Shown here piece by piece: positions 10,152 through 19,231 of a DNA stretch of 37,043 nt. The translations under genes were made by a program, and so were the position numbers. The DNA is taken from the IMG/VR virus record IMGVR_UViG_3300037329_000040; one strand, written 5' to 3'. Source of the stretch: an uncultured virus (IMG/VR IMGVR_UViG_3300037329_000040). Taxonomy: Duplodnaviria; Heunggongvirae; Uroviricota; Caudoviricetes. The notes under the pieces are model-generated. The model did no database searches, was not told the origin of the DNA, and worked only from the letters and a program-made list of their open reading frames with translations. The number at the start of each line of letters is the position of its first letter. The first letter of the stretch is position 1.

Positions 10152-10775
10152 ATGAATAAAAAACATATTGCTATGCTAGGAACTGCAACCGTAATACTTG
10201 TGAGCTGTGCAAGCTCTGAGGTTAAACAGGATGACATCTTTGTAGCCATTCCCGCTAATATTGCACTAGAGACTTCCTCTGGGATTATAAATCACATGAT
10301 ATCTTCCGCTCAAGAAGAGCCCATCGCTCAGCAAACAGTTTACGAAAGCAAGGCTTTAGCCCTATCTGGGGCAACTTACCAGGAAGCCTTACAGGTTAAT
10401 ATTCCTGAAGATACCCGTAAGAGCCAGCCTCTTTCTAACAACGAACTTGTACAGGTTTTAAAGGAAGTGGGGTTTTCTGGAAATGGTTTAAGAATGGCTT
10501 GGGCGATCGTTATAAAAGAATCTACCTCTAATCCTGACGCTCACAATCAGAACAGATCTACGGGGGATAACTCTTATGGTCTGTTTCAAATTAACATGAT
10601 CGATGGACTAGGTCCCGCTAGGTTGAAGAAACATTTACTAAATAGCAATGAGGATCTTTTTGACCCCCGAGAAAATGCCAGAGTTGCCTTTACCATTTCT
10701 GATGGGGGAACTTCTTGGAAAGCATGGACAACCTATAAAGATGCAAAGAATTTAGCTAAACAGTTTCCTGGCTAA
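10152..10775 (+). CDS. Lipoprotein lysozyme-like/lytic transglycosylase (SLT/Rpf-like) protein
   Basis: Signal peptide with lipobox LVSC; AWAI..KES...P.A.N...GD.SYGLFQIN...N...A...S.GG..W..W.TY motif; AGGAGG RBS. Confidence 0.85.
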   Translation: MNKKHIAMLGTATVILVSCASSEVKQDDIFVAIPANIALETSSGIINHMISSAQEEPIAQQTVYESKALALSGATYQEALQVNIPEDTRKSQPLSNNELVQVLKEVGFSGNGLRMAWAIVIKESTSNPDAHNQNRSTGDNSYGLFQINMIDGLGPARLKKHLLNSNEDLFDPRENARVAFTISDGGTSWKAWTTYKDAKNLAKQFPG

Positions 10776-11016
10776 CCTTACCCCACTTGCCAATAGGGCA
10801 CTCTGCATGAGCAAGCTTTACCTTTAGCTTCATAAAGCATCCGCACTTAGAACACTGACTTGTTGCTAGAAGGAACGGACATCCTTTGCAGATATCGTAT
10901 CTTTCTTGAGCCACATCTTTTGTGACCTTTTCTGTGTTGGGGTTTACAAAATCCCAAGGCCTTGCATCTCCTAGGTCTTTTTTCCATTGCTGATAAGCAC
11001 TCAAGTCTTCTGACAT
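10756..11016 (-). CDS. Cys-rich Zn-binding protein (DUF6171-like), paralog of 19232..19438
   Basis: ER..IC.GCP...C.KCGCFMKLK..L..A.CPIGKW is present in both. Confidence 0.75.
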   Translation of the reverse strand: MSEDLSAYQQWKKDLGDARPWDFVNPNTEKVTKDVAQERYDICKGCPFLLATSQCSKCGCFMKLKVKLAHAECPIGKWGKVSQETV

Positions 11017-11279
11017 TACTCAACCTCATAATCATCGTCTGGGCCTTGCTCTGCAGGAACCCAACCTTCTTCTCTTCTAAACTCTTCTGCTTTTTCATCA
11101 TATTTCCAGAAGGGGTAGTCCTCTAACCCCTCTACATCTGATGCATCTACTATTGTTGGGCTAGACAGCATTCCTGCTATAAGCCCCTCGGTATTAGGGT
11201 TTTTCTCTATAGTCATAGTGTGAAAGACTTCTCCGTTTATTATAAATGCAAATATTTTTTTATCATTTGTTTTTGACAT
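11016..11279 (-). CDS. Hypothetical protein (start corrected to MSKTNDKK)
   Basis: GAAAGAGAGAGA RBS precedes the ATG at 11279; the longer ORF overlaps the upstream gene. Confidence 0.65.
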   Translation of the reverse strand: MSKTNDKKIFAFIINGEVFHTMTIEKNPNTEGLIAGMLSSPTIVDASDVEGLEDYPFWKYDEKAEEFRREEGWVPAEQGPDDDYEVE

Positions 11280-11298
11280 ATCTCTCTCTTTCCGATTG

Positions 11299-12108
11299 TT
11301 AAGCGTTGTAATATCCTGGAGGTGCACAGCAGCTTGCATAAGAAGTAGAAACCCAAGTTGCCCCAGTGCAGCTATTTCTGTATCTAACAGCAGATGCCCT
11401 GACACAGTTTTGACAAGACCCTGTCCAACTACTAACAAATTGAGTAGTTGGGGTACAACAAGACTGGGATCCAGACACTACATTTTCAGCCCCTGTGCAA
11501 CTGTTCCTGTATCTAGTGGCCGTCAACTGGCTTCCTCCGCTGCAAGATCCTGTCCAGCTACTTACCACGCTAAAACTAGGCGAGCAAGGTGGAGCAGCAG
11601 GTGGTGGTGGCGGTGCTACATATCCACAAACACCATTCCTCTGAGCGTTTGAACCAGTGTAGTATGGAATTTGGTCGGAGACGTTTACGATATAATTTCC
11701 AGTTGGTGATCCGTTTAGGTAATAATTTGTCCTATACTCTCGTTTTTCAAAAGGAACACTCCAGCCTCCAGTGGAGCATTCAAAACCTGTTTCTATAATC
11801 ACAAGATATGTTCCGCCAGACAAATATGGAGTGGGAGCCGGTGGTGCAGATGGGGCAGCTGGTGCAGTATAAATATAGTAGCTATAATCTATCTGCGTTT
11901 CATAGTCAACTAATGACCCTGCAGGAACACTTTGTCCAAAAGTTTTATTGCTTAAGGATGAGTTTGATGTTCCGGATGAGCCAAGAGACTTTCTGAGCAG
12001 TCCGGCTTGTATTAAAAGGCTAAAAGCTTCTTCTGGAGTCCTGTTAGACAAGTCTGGCATGGCTACCATACCCTTTGAGCCCGTAAACTTTCCTCCGATT
12101 CCTAGCAC
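11299..12108 (-). CDS. PASTA-domain protein with Pro-rich linkers and Cys-rich C-terminal repeats
   Basis: V.MPDL...T.EEA...L..AGL...QS..AG..V PASTA-like pattern; two VSSWTGSC...A.RYRNSCTGA..VS...SCC repeats. Confidence 0.65.
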   Translation of the reverse strand: MLGIGGKFTGSKGMVAMPDLSNRTPEEAFSLLIQAGLLRKSLGSSGTSNSSLSNKTFGQSVPAGSLVDYETQIDYSYYIYTAPAAPSAPPAPTPYLSGGTYLVIIETGFECSTGGWSVPFEKREYRTNYYLNGSPTGNYIVNVSDQIPYYTGSNAQRNGVCGYVAPPPPPAAPPCSPSFSVVSSWTGSCSGGSQLTATRYRNSCTGAENVVSGSQSCCTPTTQFVSSWTGSCQNCVRASAVRYRNSCTGATWVSTSYASCCAPPGYYNA

Positions 12109-12118
12109 AGCTTTTGCC

Positions 12119-12766
12119 TTACGCCGTTAGGTCGCCGAATAGGTACCACGTATTTTCTGCTTTTTTTACAAGCAAGGATTGAGTGAACTGGGCGGAAGTC
12201 TTTTTGTTATTGTTCTTGCTGTTTATAATAACGGATGTCGGTACTCCAGCTTCCCCAACAAAACTGATTTGACCAGCAGCTGACTGAATAAAAGCTATTT
12301 GAGATCCAATGGGAAACTCCACATTAGAGTTCTTGGGAACTGTTATCACTACTGAGTTGGGAGAGGTTATATCTATGGTCTTTCCCGCGTCTGATATCTG
12401 CAAAGTGTGAGAGGCTGATCTTTCTACTAAAAAGGCATTACTTCCAAACAGCCGCCATTGACCGTTATAGTAATACTGTGGCTGCACGGCATTAATACCT
12501 ACAACCATTGCAAACTTACCGTTGCTAGTACTTGTTAAGACTGTGTCTCTTTGTGCTTCAGATGTAAAGAAGTTTAGAGATCCATTAAGCAAAGAGTTTC
12601 CGGTTATGTCAAAGGAGTTGTCGATAGAGACGGCCCCGGAAAATGAGTGATCTCCTGTCCAATAAAAGTCTGAAGAAGAGTCTGTCATTCCTGCCACTGG
12701 GTGCCAGGTGTCTGAGGCTGCATCGTACACGTATGCTATTTTTCCGATATTACTAATGGTTGACAT
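12119..12766 (-). CDS. Minor tail/virion protein
   Basis: C-terminal ITVP.N....FPIG.QI...Q...GQ...L.K....W.L.GDL domain typical of fibre-base proteins. Confidence 0.65.
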   Translation of the reverse strand: MSTISNIGKIAYVYDAASDTWHPVAGMTDSSSDFYWTGDHSFSGAVSIDNSFDITGNSLLNGSLNFFTSEAQRDTVLTSTSNGKFAMVVGINAVQPQYYYNGQWRLFGSNAFLVERSASHTLQISDAGKTIDITSPNSVVITVPKNSNVEFPIGSQIAFIQSAAGQISFVGEAGVPTSVIINSKNNNKKTSAQFTQSLLVKKAENTWYLFGDLTA

Positions 12767-13209
12767 TATGAACCTATTGCCTTCCAGGATTGAGTGTCTG
12801 CGTCATATACGTACATTGTTAAAGGAGATGAGTCCTTATCTACCCAGATATTGCCATCTACAAAAACTCCAACGGGGGTATCATTTTGATAAATGGCAAC
12901 CGTGCCTAAAAGGACAGAAGCTGAAGAAGATCCATCCATCCATACAGAACCATCTTCTGGATCCGTTGGCTCTGTTATAGAGTAAGAAGACCCAATCCCA
13001 AAATCATTGATATCTGATTGCAGATTATTTAAATAACTAGCAATAGACTCTGACCTAATTGGGTTTGCCGAATCGTCAGGAATGGTCCCGTCTGGGGTTC
13101 CATAGTGATACATCCTTAAAGCTTCTTGGATGTTTGCATCATCAGTTAGGCTAGGAATAATCGTATTATAAAATATTGGTGTTGGGTTTGGTTTAATTGG
13201 CTCAGACAT
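12766..13209 (-). CDS. Minor tail/virion protein
   Basis: 147 aa; EP....G..W.D fibre-module motifs; translationally coupled to neighbours. Confidence 0.6.
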   Translation of the reverse strand: MSEPIKPNPTPIFYNTIIPSLTDDANIQEALRMYHYGTPDGTIPDDSANPIRSESIASYLNNLQSDINDFGIGSSYSITEPTDPEDGSVWMDGSSSASVLLGTVAIYQNDTPVGVFVDGNIWVDKDSSPLTMYVYDADTQSWKAIGS

Positions 13210-14227
13210 TTATCTCTACGCCTCCTAGGTCTATTATTGAGTGGGTCTTGACAAGTGTGTCATCCATGAACACCACTGGATTTACCCCGTCGGGGCTCAG
13301 GACTACAGTGCTGTCTTCCACGTAGGCAACAAAATACTCTGTGCCAGAATCAAGACCGACAATTTCAGTATTATTGTTTGCCAAATAAACGATCTTATCT
13401 CCATATACCAGGGTGTTACCTGGAACAGTTATTCCACCGGGGAATGGCACTGTAGATCCTGCTATAATAATTGCGTCGGCGGGGTCTGAGCTGTATACCT
13501 GAACCTCTGATATGTCGATTACGACTTCTGTACGTCCTCCGACTGTTGCAAGAAAATCTACCTTTCGGTATCCATTTACAAGCTCAACGGCTGACGTGCC
13601 TGCGTTAAATTCTGCTATTGTCAATCTAGCTAACAAGTATCTTTGGTTTAGGGCTACAGTCTGGTCCTGAACAACAGATCCGGTGTTTGCAACAATATAA
13701 GTGACACCAGTAAATGTTGTATTTATGTCTTCTATGATAAAAGTTGACATAACTGGGGAATCTCCGTTTACCCTCATTTGGATATTCAAATCTCTAGCGT
13801 CTAGAGTTTCCAATTGCTCATTCTCTAGACCACCTGCGAACAAGGAAAAAATAACCCCTCTAATAAAAAGCAAAGTGTTGTTCAAGAGAACGGGGGTATA
13901 GGCTTCGCCATTTATAAACTTGAAAAATGGATTAAACAAAACTGTATTAGGAACAAGCCTAAGAACCTTTGCCCAGGTTATTACTCCGTTAACAATCTTG
14001 TACTGATAAAGAAAAAGATATTCATCGTCTGAGGGGTTTATGTTTATGTATAGGTCTCCAACAAGTGGCAGGGGAGACAAAGATATCTGATCGCTAGTTG
14101 GCTTTCCGACATCTGTAAAAATGTAACTTCCTCTAGTACCAGTGGCCCCAACGTCTAGATCTAAGCTAATGGATGCTGGACCACCTAAAACAACCAAGTC
14201 ATCTGTACTGATGACAACTTCGGGCAT
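13202..14227 (-). CDS. Minor tail/virion protein
   Basis: 341-aa ORF in the structural operon; G.RGS...GDLYIN motif. Confidence 0.6.
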   Translation of the reverse strand: MPEVVISTDDLVVLGGPASISLDLDVGATGTRGSYIFTDVGKPTSDQISLSPLPLVGDLYININPSDDEYLFLYQYKIVNGVITWAKVLRLVPNTVLFNPFFKFINGEAYTPVLLNNTLLFIRGVIFSLFAGGLENEQLETLDARDLNIQMRVNGDSPVMSTFIIEDINTTFTGVTYIVANTGSVVQDQTVALNQRYLLARLTIAEFNAGTSAVELVNGYRKVDFLATVGGRTEVVIDISEVQVYSSDPADAIIIAGSTVPFPGGITVPGNTLVYGDKIVYLANNNTEIVGLDSGTEYFVAYVEDSTVVLSPDGVNPVVFMDDTLVKTHSIIDLGGVEINV

Positions 14228-14613
14228 TAGGCTGTCGCTCCTGATACCTGGTCTGTTACAGAAATATTACCAGTTAGCAAAGTAAAGACTGTCCCACCAC
14301 TCCCCTTACTTATTTCAACGTCGTAAACGTAAGAAGTGTTGGCGTTCATTTGATTTCCCAAGGCTGGGGATATGGTGCAAGTTATAGAGTTATCTGCCAA
14401 AGAAATGGTGGCAACGCAAGTAATTTTTGCTCCAACTCCGGTGGAACCCCTAGAGGTTGAAATCACAAAATTTGCACCGCCGCCAGGAATGATATTACCT
14501 AGGTCATAAGTTGATAAGTCATAGGCGCTGCGATTACTGTTCTTGGGGTATATCTTAAATTCAAAGGTATCGCCCTTGTAATATGAGAAATTATATGTAC
14601 CGGGAAAACTAAT
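14227..14613 (-). CDS. Baseplate-upper-like protein, probably starting at a non-canonical ATT (xSFPGTYNFSYYKGDTFEF...)
   Basis: The frame is open 49 codons upstream of the track's GTG; AAAGGAG lies 6 nt before ATT at 14613; (K/R)GDT, (Y/F)D(V/I) and G.ISV motifs are shared with 17922..18308. Confidence 0.65.
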   Translation of the reverse strand: MSFPGTYNFSYYKGDTFEFKIYPKNSNRSAYDLSTYDLGNIIPGGGANFVISTSRGSTGVGAKITCVATISLADNSITCTISPALGNQMNANTSYVYDVEISKGSGGTVFTLLTGNISVTDQVSGATA

Positions 14614-14711
14614 GATTGACTCCTTTGCTTAAATACATTATAGCATATTCAAGTGTTTCTTTATTATCTTTAGCAAGCCCAAGCATCATGTTACTAGATA
14701 GAAAGAATAGA

Positions 14712-14918
14712 TTAAGACTGCTCTATTACCGAAAGCCTAGCGGCTATCTGGTCAAGTGCACTCGCAATGGTTTCTGGTTGGGGGCTTTGCCAACTTGAAG
14801 ACTCAGAGGGTGTATATGGGGAGTTGACGCTACCGTCTGCCCCAGCCTGACCCTGTGCCCCTACTAGTCCTCTTAGACCTAAAGATCCAGGAAACGGTAC
14901 TATTTTAATTTTTGGCAT
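14712..14918 (-). CDS. Short collagen-like virion protein (KIKIVPFPG family)
   Basis: Gxx triplets; N-terminal motif shared with 17221..17922. Confidence 0.7.
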   Translation of the reverse strand: MPKIKIVPFPGSLGLRGLVGAQGQAGADGSVNSPYTPSESSSWQSPQPETIASALDQIAARLSVIEQS

Positions 14919-14935
14919 TTATGTTTTCCTTTATA

Positions 14936-16411
14936 TTAGGTCATATCTACATACTGTATACCTGGAGCAGCCGTAAGGGCAATTACTCCTGGAGTCACAC
15001 AGTCATACTCTAGGTCAGAGTAGGCAGCAACGTGTGGTAGACCGCCGTAGACGGTGCTTAAGGCAGCTACACCAACAACGTTTACGACGTTTAACTTGTC
15101 CTCGCCGAAGGATGGAGCTCCTCCTCCAGACTGAAATTGGAATCCTGCAGGAATGGCTCCAATACCTGCTTGACGAACTCGTAGGATAAGAACCTTGGCA
15201 GGAACTCCTCCTCCGAATGGCTTGAACTGAGCTCCAGCAGAGTTTGGTACAGTAGTAGAGAAAGTGCTGGATGCAATTGTTCCTAGGTAATCGAGAGCAG
15301 ACTCATTGGCCTTCAGAGCTGCAAGGGAGTTGCTGGAAGAGAATACAGCACTCTTCGCACCACTTGAATCAAAGATTGCAGCCAATGCATCGGCGTTGGC
15401 AAAGAAGCCAGCCATTGCAGACGTTGGAGCCAATAATGCCATCGCAGATCCAGAGTTAGCTATGATTGAGAAGTTTGGACTTTCGGCTAAGTGAGTAAGT
15501 GCTGCAGGGACAGCAGCTAGTGCCTGCATGGCTCCAGCATTACCGGCAATCAAAGTAAGGGCTGATGCATTATTGATAATTCCGTTTACGGTTGTAAAGG
15601 TACCAGTTAGGCCAGCTAGGTTAACAATAACTTTTGCTGCGTTGGCAGCGAAGTGGCTGCTTGACTTCAATATTTCCCAAGCGTCCTCCTGACTAAACAC
15701 AGCATTAATTGCTGAAGGAGTTGCTGCTATTTTTGCTACAGCCGAGGCGCTAAGCTTTAGCTCATTCATTGCTATATCGCTAGCAGCAATTATGGACATT
15801 GCGTTTTCGGAGGTAATAAGAATGTCTAACGAGCTGACATCGTTAGTGATTGCGTCTATTGCGGTTGTACTGTTTGCAATTGCCTGAACTGCGGCATTAT
15901 TTGAGACAAGAACGTTCATAGCCTTATCACTGTCAATAACTGCAGCACGGGATTGAGCGTCGGCAATTAAGCTTTCAATGTCTGCAAAAGTACCTGGAAC
16001 TAAACCAGCCAAAACCGCAATGGCATTCTTAGCATTTGGGTTGTTTAGGTTTGGACTGGTAACAAAATGTCCCTTTGATGTTGGGTTTGCGAAGATTGCA
16101 GTAATTGCGCTAACACTCAGGCAAATAGCGCTCATTGCTGCTGCGCTTTCTGTGATGGCAAAAGCCGTTGCTGAACTTTGAGGAGAGGCTAGCTCAAACA
16201 CTGACAGTGTCGCAGTTGGGCTTGCGATAATAGCGGTTATAGTATTGGGGCCAGCTGCAATTCTCCTAGCTTGTCCTCTCATGGACAGCAAAACTTTAAA
16301 TTCAGCTAAGCGACCGCCGTTTGGCTCTGATAAAAATTCTTCTAGCTCCGCGCCAGATGTTGTTCCACCTTCAACTGAGTTTAGGAGTCTTATAGATCTT
16401 AGTGATGGCAT
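14936..16411 (-). CDS. Ala-rich helical-repeat virion-associated protein
   Basis: 491 aa; repeated S..A(M/I)..(I/L)... units. Confidence 0.6.
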   Translation of the reverse strand: MPSLRSIRLLNSVEGGTTSGAELEEFLSEPNGGRLAEFKVLLSMRGQARRIAAGPNTITAIIASPTATLSVFELASPQSSATAFAITESAAAMSAICLSVSAITAIFANPTSKGHFVTSPNLNNPNAKNAIAVLAGLVPGTFADIESLIADAQSRAAVIDSDKAMNVLVSNNAAVQAIANSTTAIDAITNDVSSLDILITSENAMSIIAASDIAMNELKLSASAVAKIAATPSAINAVFSQEDAWEILKSSSHFAANAAKVIVNLAGLTGTFTTVNGIINNASALTLIAGNAGAMQALAAVPAALTHLAESPNFSIIANSGSAMALLAPTSAMAGFFANADALAAIFDSSGAKSAVFSSSNSLAALKANESALDYLGTIASSTFSTTVPNSAGAQFKPFGGGVPAKVLILRVRQAGIGAIPAGFQFQSGGGAPSFGEDKLNVVNVVGVAALSTVYGGLPHVAAYSDLEYDCVTPGVIALTAAPGIQYVDMT

Positions 16412-16418
16412 ATTTTAT

Positions 16419-17012
16419 TTATCTTCCTGTTGATTGTAAGTAAGCTTCGAACCTCAGGGGTTCGTCTTCATCTAATTCGTCACGTATGGCTGCTTCGTCT
16501 AAGGCCATAGCTTCGTATAAATCGTAGGCGATTGCAGTTAGCAACCACTGTCCTAATTCTGTGTTAAAGGATGTTTCGTCATCGTCTGGCTCATCCTGTG
16601 AGTCGAAAAACATGAATAGCCCCAAGCCCTCAACGACCACTGAATCGTCGGCTTGTGGAGAAAGACTCCTTAGACCTCCACGATCTTCGTAGGAGACAAA
16701 GGTTAGGGATGTTGCACTTCTTTGGATTACAAGAGGCTGTCCACCCATAAGGGATTGTCCGTTTACGGTACTGATGTTAAGTCCGTCAACTAAGGTATCT
16801 TGCTTAAGTCCTAGAGCTGTAACTGTAGCATCGCTCACAGGCTTATCTGTGTCTGAAGTGTTGTCTACATTGTCTAGCTGGCTGTTTACGATAGCTGTGA
16901 TGTCTGAGAACTGAGCTACCGCAGCTTCTATGGACGTTTGCTGAGCTGCAACAGCTCCTGTTAGTAATGTTGTTGCATCTGTTAATGCTGCAACTGATGA
17001 TTCAATAGTCAT
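16419..17012 (-). CDS. Tail-fibre-like protein
   Basis: LDNVDNTSD.DKPVS.A...AL..KQD.L and TVNGQSL fibre motifs. Confidence 0.7.
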   Translation of the reverse strand: MTIESSVAALTDATTLLTGAVAAQQTSIEAAVAQFSDITAIVNSQLDNVDNTSDTDKPVSDATVTALGLKQDTLVDGLNISTVNGQSLMGGQPLVIQRSATSLTFVSYEDRGGLRSLSPQADDSVVVEGLGLFMFFDSQDEPDDDETSFNTELGQWLLTAIAYDLYEAMALDEAAIRDELDEDEPLRFEAYLQSTGR

Positions 17013-17224
17013 TAGTTTCCTCCAGTTATGTAATTCACAAACATAGCTTGAGTAGTAATCATATTTGTGGCTATGTCCACAAGCGGAACTTGTGAAGCGT
17101 TTTCCGAAATAACTACCGCTGCTGAGATATCAGATTGAAGGCTAATCTTTGAAAAGTTTACAGCATCTAGTAATTCTGTTGTACTGGAAATTAGATCGGC
17201 AATGGCGTCTTCTGTTGCTGTCAT
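17012..17224 (-). CDS. Small helical protein, N-terminus similar to 16419..17012
   Basis: E...A.L...TT.L..AV shared; coupled start and stop. Confidence 0.6.
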   Translation of the reverse strand: MTATEDAIADLISSTTELLDAVNFSKISLQSDISAAVVISENASQVPLVDIATNMITTQAMFVNYITGGN

Positions 17225-17922
17225 TGTGATTCCCTCCTAAGATCTGAGTATATTCTCTGGTTCTTGATCATTACGGAAGCTTGTTTTATCGTGAAAATCT
17301 CACTAACACTGATGCCTGGGACACCCTGAATGCCCTGCGGACCTTCTACGGTACTATCTTGGCCAGCTGGTCCTTCTACTGTGCTATCTTCACCAGTTAG
17401 GCCCCTATCACCCAGAAGGCCTTGAACCCCCTGAATACCTTGAACTCCCTGAAGAGCTAGCGGATACCAGTGCTCGGCATTTGAGGCTGGCACCTCTCCA
17501 ACTACAGGATCTCCAGAAGCAAACCAAGAGGCTCCATCTTTAAAAACTGAGTCGTTGTTTACGTAATCTGTGGCTGAGTCCCATAAGCCTTGCCAAGTAA
17601 TACCCGTTGCACCAGTATTGCCAATTGGCCCTTGGATGCCCGGATCTCCTTGGAGTCCCCGCGGGCCCTCAACGACGCTGTCAGCCCCTGTTGGACCTGG
17701 TACCGTACTATCTAACCCTGGGTTGCCTTGTGGTCCCTCTGGGCCTTGTGGCCCTTGTACAGTGCTATCTAAACCTGTTGGGCCAGCTTCTCCTTGGAGG
17801 CCTTGTGGCCCAGTCTCTCCAAGCTGTCCTGGAAAAGGTACAATCTTAAACTTTGTCATTACCAGAGGTCCGTCGGGGCCTGCTGACCCTGGGGCTGGTA
17901 TAATCTTTATTTTTGCACCCAT
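17221..17922 (-). CDS. Collagen-like fibre protein
   Basis: Long Gly-X-Y runs; TGITWQG.W....DYVNND...WYPLALQG domain shared with 7101..9935. Confidence 0.85.
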   Translation of the reverse strand: MGAKIKIIPAPGSAGPDGPLVMTKFKIVPFPGQLGETGPQGLQGEAGPTGLDSTVQGPQGPEGPQGNPGLDSTVPGPTGADSVVEGPRGLQGDPGIQGPIGNTGATGITWQGLWDSATDYVNNDSVFKDGASWFASGDPVVGEVPASNAEHWYPLALQGVQGIQGVQGLLGDRGLTGEDSTVEGPAGQDSTVEGPQGIQGVPGISVSEIFTIKQASVMIKNQRIYSDLRRESQ

Positions 17923-18308
17923 TAGACACCGCTCCCTGTGACATCTCCGATGACTGAGATTGTTCCGATTACGGGTGTCCAGATTACCTCTGTGTCTATG
18001 GTAACTTGTATATCGAAGGGTAACTCTGCAACAATTTTATTGTAACCCGCTCCCCACGCTGAAGTAACAGCGGCAGATGCAGTGATCTCTATGTATCCTT
18101 CTCCAACAACAACGTCTAGCTCATTTAAGACTTCGCCCTTTTGGTCATATGCGGATGCTTTGTAAGTCCATCCAGTCATGTCGTAGGGGGTAGCCTCGTC
18201 AGCTTCATAGAATTCAATTCTTAGAGGAGATGTATCTCCCCTAACGACACTCCAATTAAGAAACGCTGGATTAGCGCCTAGCATTTCGGGAGAATAAATT
18301 GATGACAT
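17922..18308 (-). CDS. Baseplate-upper-like/virion protein
   Basis: W.VVRGDT..L..EF...FDIQ...GTI.V..DVT pattern; leaderless start 6 nt after TGTTATACT. Confidence 0.65.
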   Translation of the reverse strand: MSSIYSPEMLGANPAFLNWSVVRGDTSPLRIEFYEADEATPYDMTGWTYKASAYDQKGEVLNELDVVVGEGYIEITASAAVTSAWGAGYNKIVAELPFDIQVTIDTEVIWTPVIGTISVIGDVTGSGV

Positions 18309-18333
18309 GTACTACAGTATAACACTATTAATT

Positions 18334-18411
18334 AAAAAAGAAGTAGCTATTTAGGGGACAGACGCCGGTACCCAGGAGGGTGGGTATGAGAGACATCCCA
18401 GGTACCAGCTA
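18334..18411 (-). ncRNA. Candidate stem-loop sRNA with a C/U-rich (anti-RBS) loop
   Basis: TGGTATACT at 18426-18418. The 14-bp stem (18409-18396/18377-18364) is fully paired only on the minus strand (3 G-U); loop UGUCUCUCAUACCCACCC; U-tract near 18334-18339. Confidence 0.6.
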
Positions 18412-18532
18412 ATATTAAGTATACCATAGGTAATAGAAGAAATGACTTGTTATATAGCTCTTCACAGAATATTATTCAATAAATAATCAAGGAATAGAAC
18501 TTTATTCGATATTCTTCTATGTAACATAAATC

Positions 18533-18587
18533 GTTATAATATTGTTATTAAAAAAAGACTTGACAAGGTATCAAAGTGTGCTACCAT
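18533..18587 (+). promoter_or_regulatory. MtrA-like box plus SigA promoter pointing into the AT-rich tract
   Basis: GTTAT-N6-GTTAT at 18533; TTGACA-N16-TACCAT at 18560-18587. Confidence 0.5.
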
Positions 18588-18599
18588 ATGAAAGGTTGT

Positions 18600-18730
18600 T
18601 GTTTGTTATTATATATATTAATTCTTATTAACTATTATATAGTTTATTGAATTTATTTATATATAGTTTATATATAGATATATATATTATAGTAATATAG
18701 TAATAAAGTAAATATAATTATATAAAATCG
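18600..18730. other. Extremely AT-rich non-coding tract (candidate unwinding element)
   Basis: Almost only A/T, with TATATA runs. Confidence 0.5.
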
Positions 18731-18734
18731 AACT

Positions 18735-19031
18735 TTATTCTTTATTTCCCAGATATGTGATTAGTTTGTCATAAAGCTTGTCAACTTGTTTCTCCAAGTG
18801 ATCTACCTTTTTATAGGTTTCTGCTTCCAGGCTTTCCTGGTTATCTTGCCGCGCTTCGAGTCTATTCATCTGATCCTTTATGGACGTACCGCCGTTTGTC
18901 TTTAACTCGTGCTTAATCTCTTGAAAATAGTGTTTTACTAACCAACGGACCCCGAGACCAAAAGCGGTAAGAATTGTGGAGACCGATACTACTAGTGTTA
19001 GCCACATAGCCGCTGTTTCGGAAACATTCAT
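18735..19031 (-). CDS. Single-TM plus coiled-coil membrane protein (start corrected to MNVSETAA)
   Basis: Hydrophobic helix followed by a NGG.S.KD...R.E coiled-coil pattern; possibly lysis-associated. Confidence 0.65.
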   Translation of the reverse strand: MNVSETAAMWLTLVVSVSTILTAFGLGVRWLVKHYFQEIKHELKTNGGTSIKDQMNRLEARQDNQESLEAETYKKVDHLEKQVDKLYDKLITYLGNKE

Positions 19032-19231
19032 AATATAACAATTATAGCTCGCGTTTTTTAATTTTTCGGTATTTAGTTCGGCGCGATAAGAGACACCCAA
19101 CCCCAACATACGTATGATAAACACTGGCTTACGCCTGTGAGCAAATACGATACGGGGTTAATATCTCAAAAGCTTTTTTATAATAGCAACTATCCCTGAT
19201 ATAATGGACATATAGAAGAATTGAGAACCTA

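Noticed and set aside
937..17941. Numerous plus-strand ORFs opposite the structural genes
   Set aside because: Antisense shadows of repetitive Gly/Ala/Thr-rich genes, without an RBS
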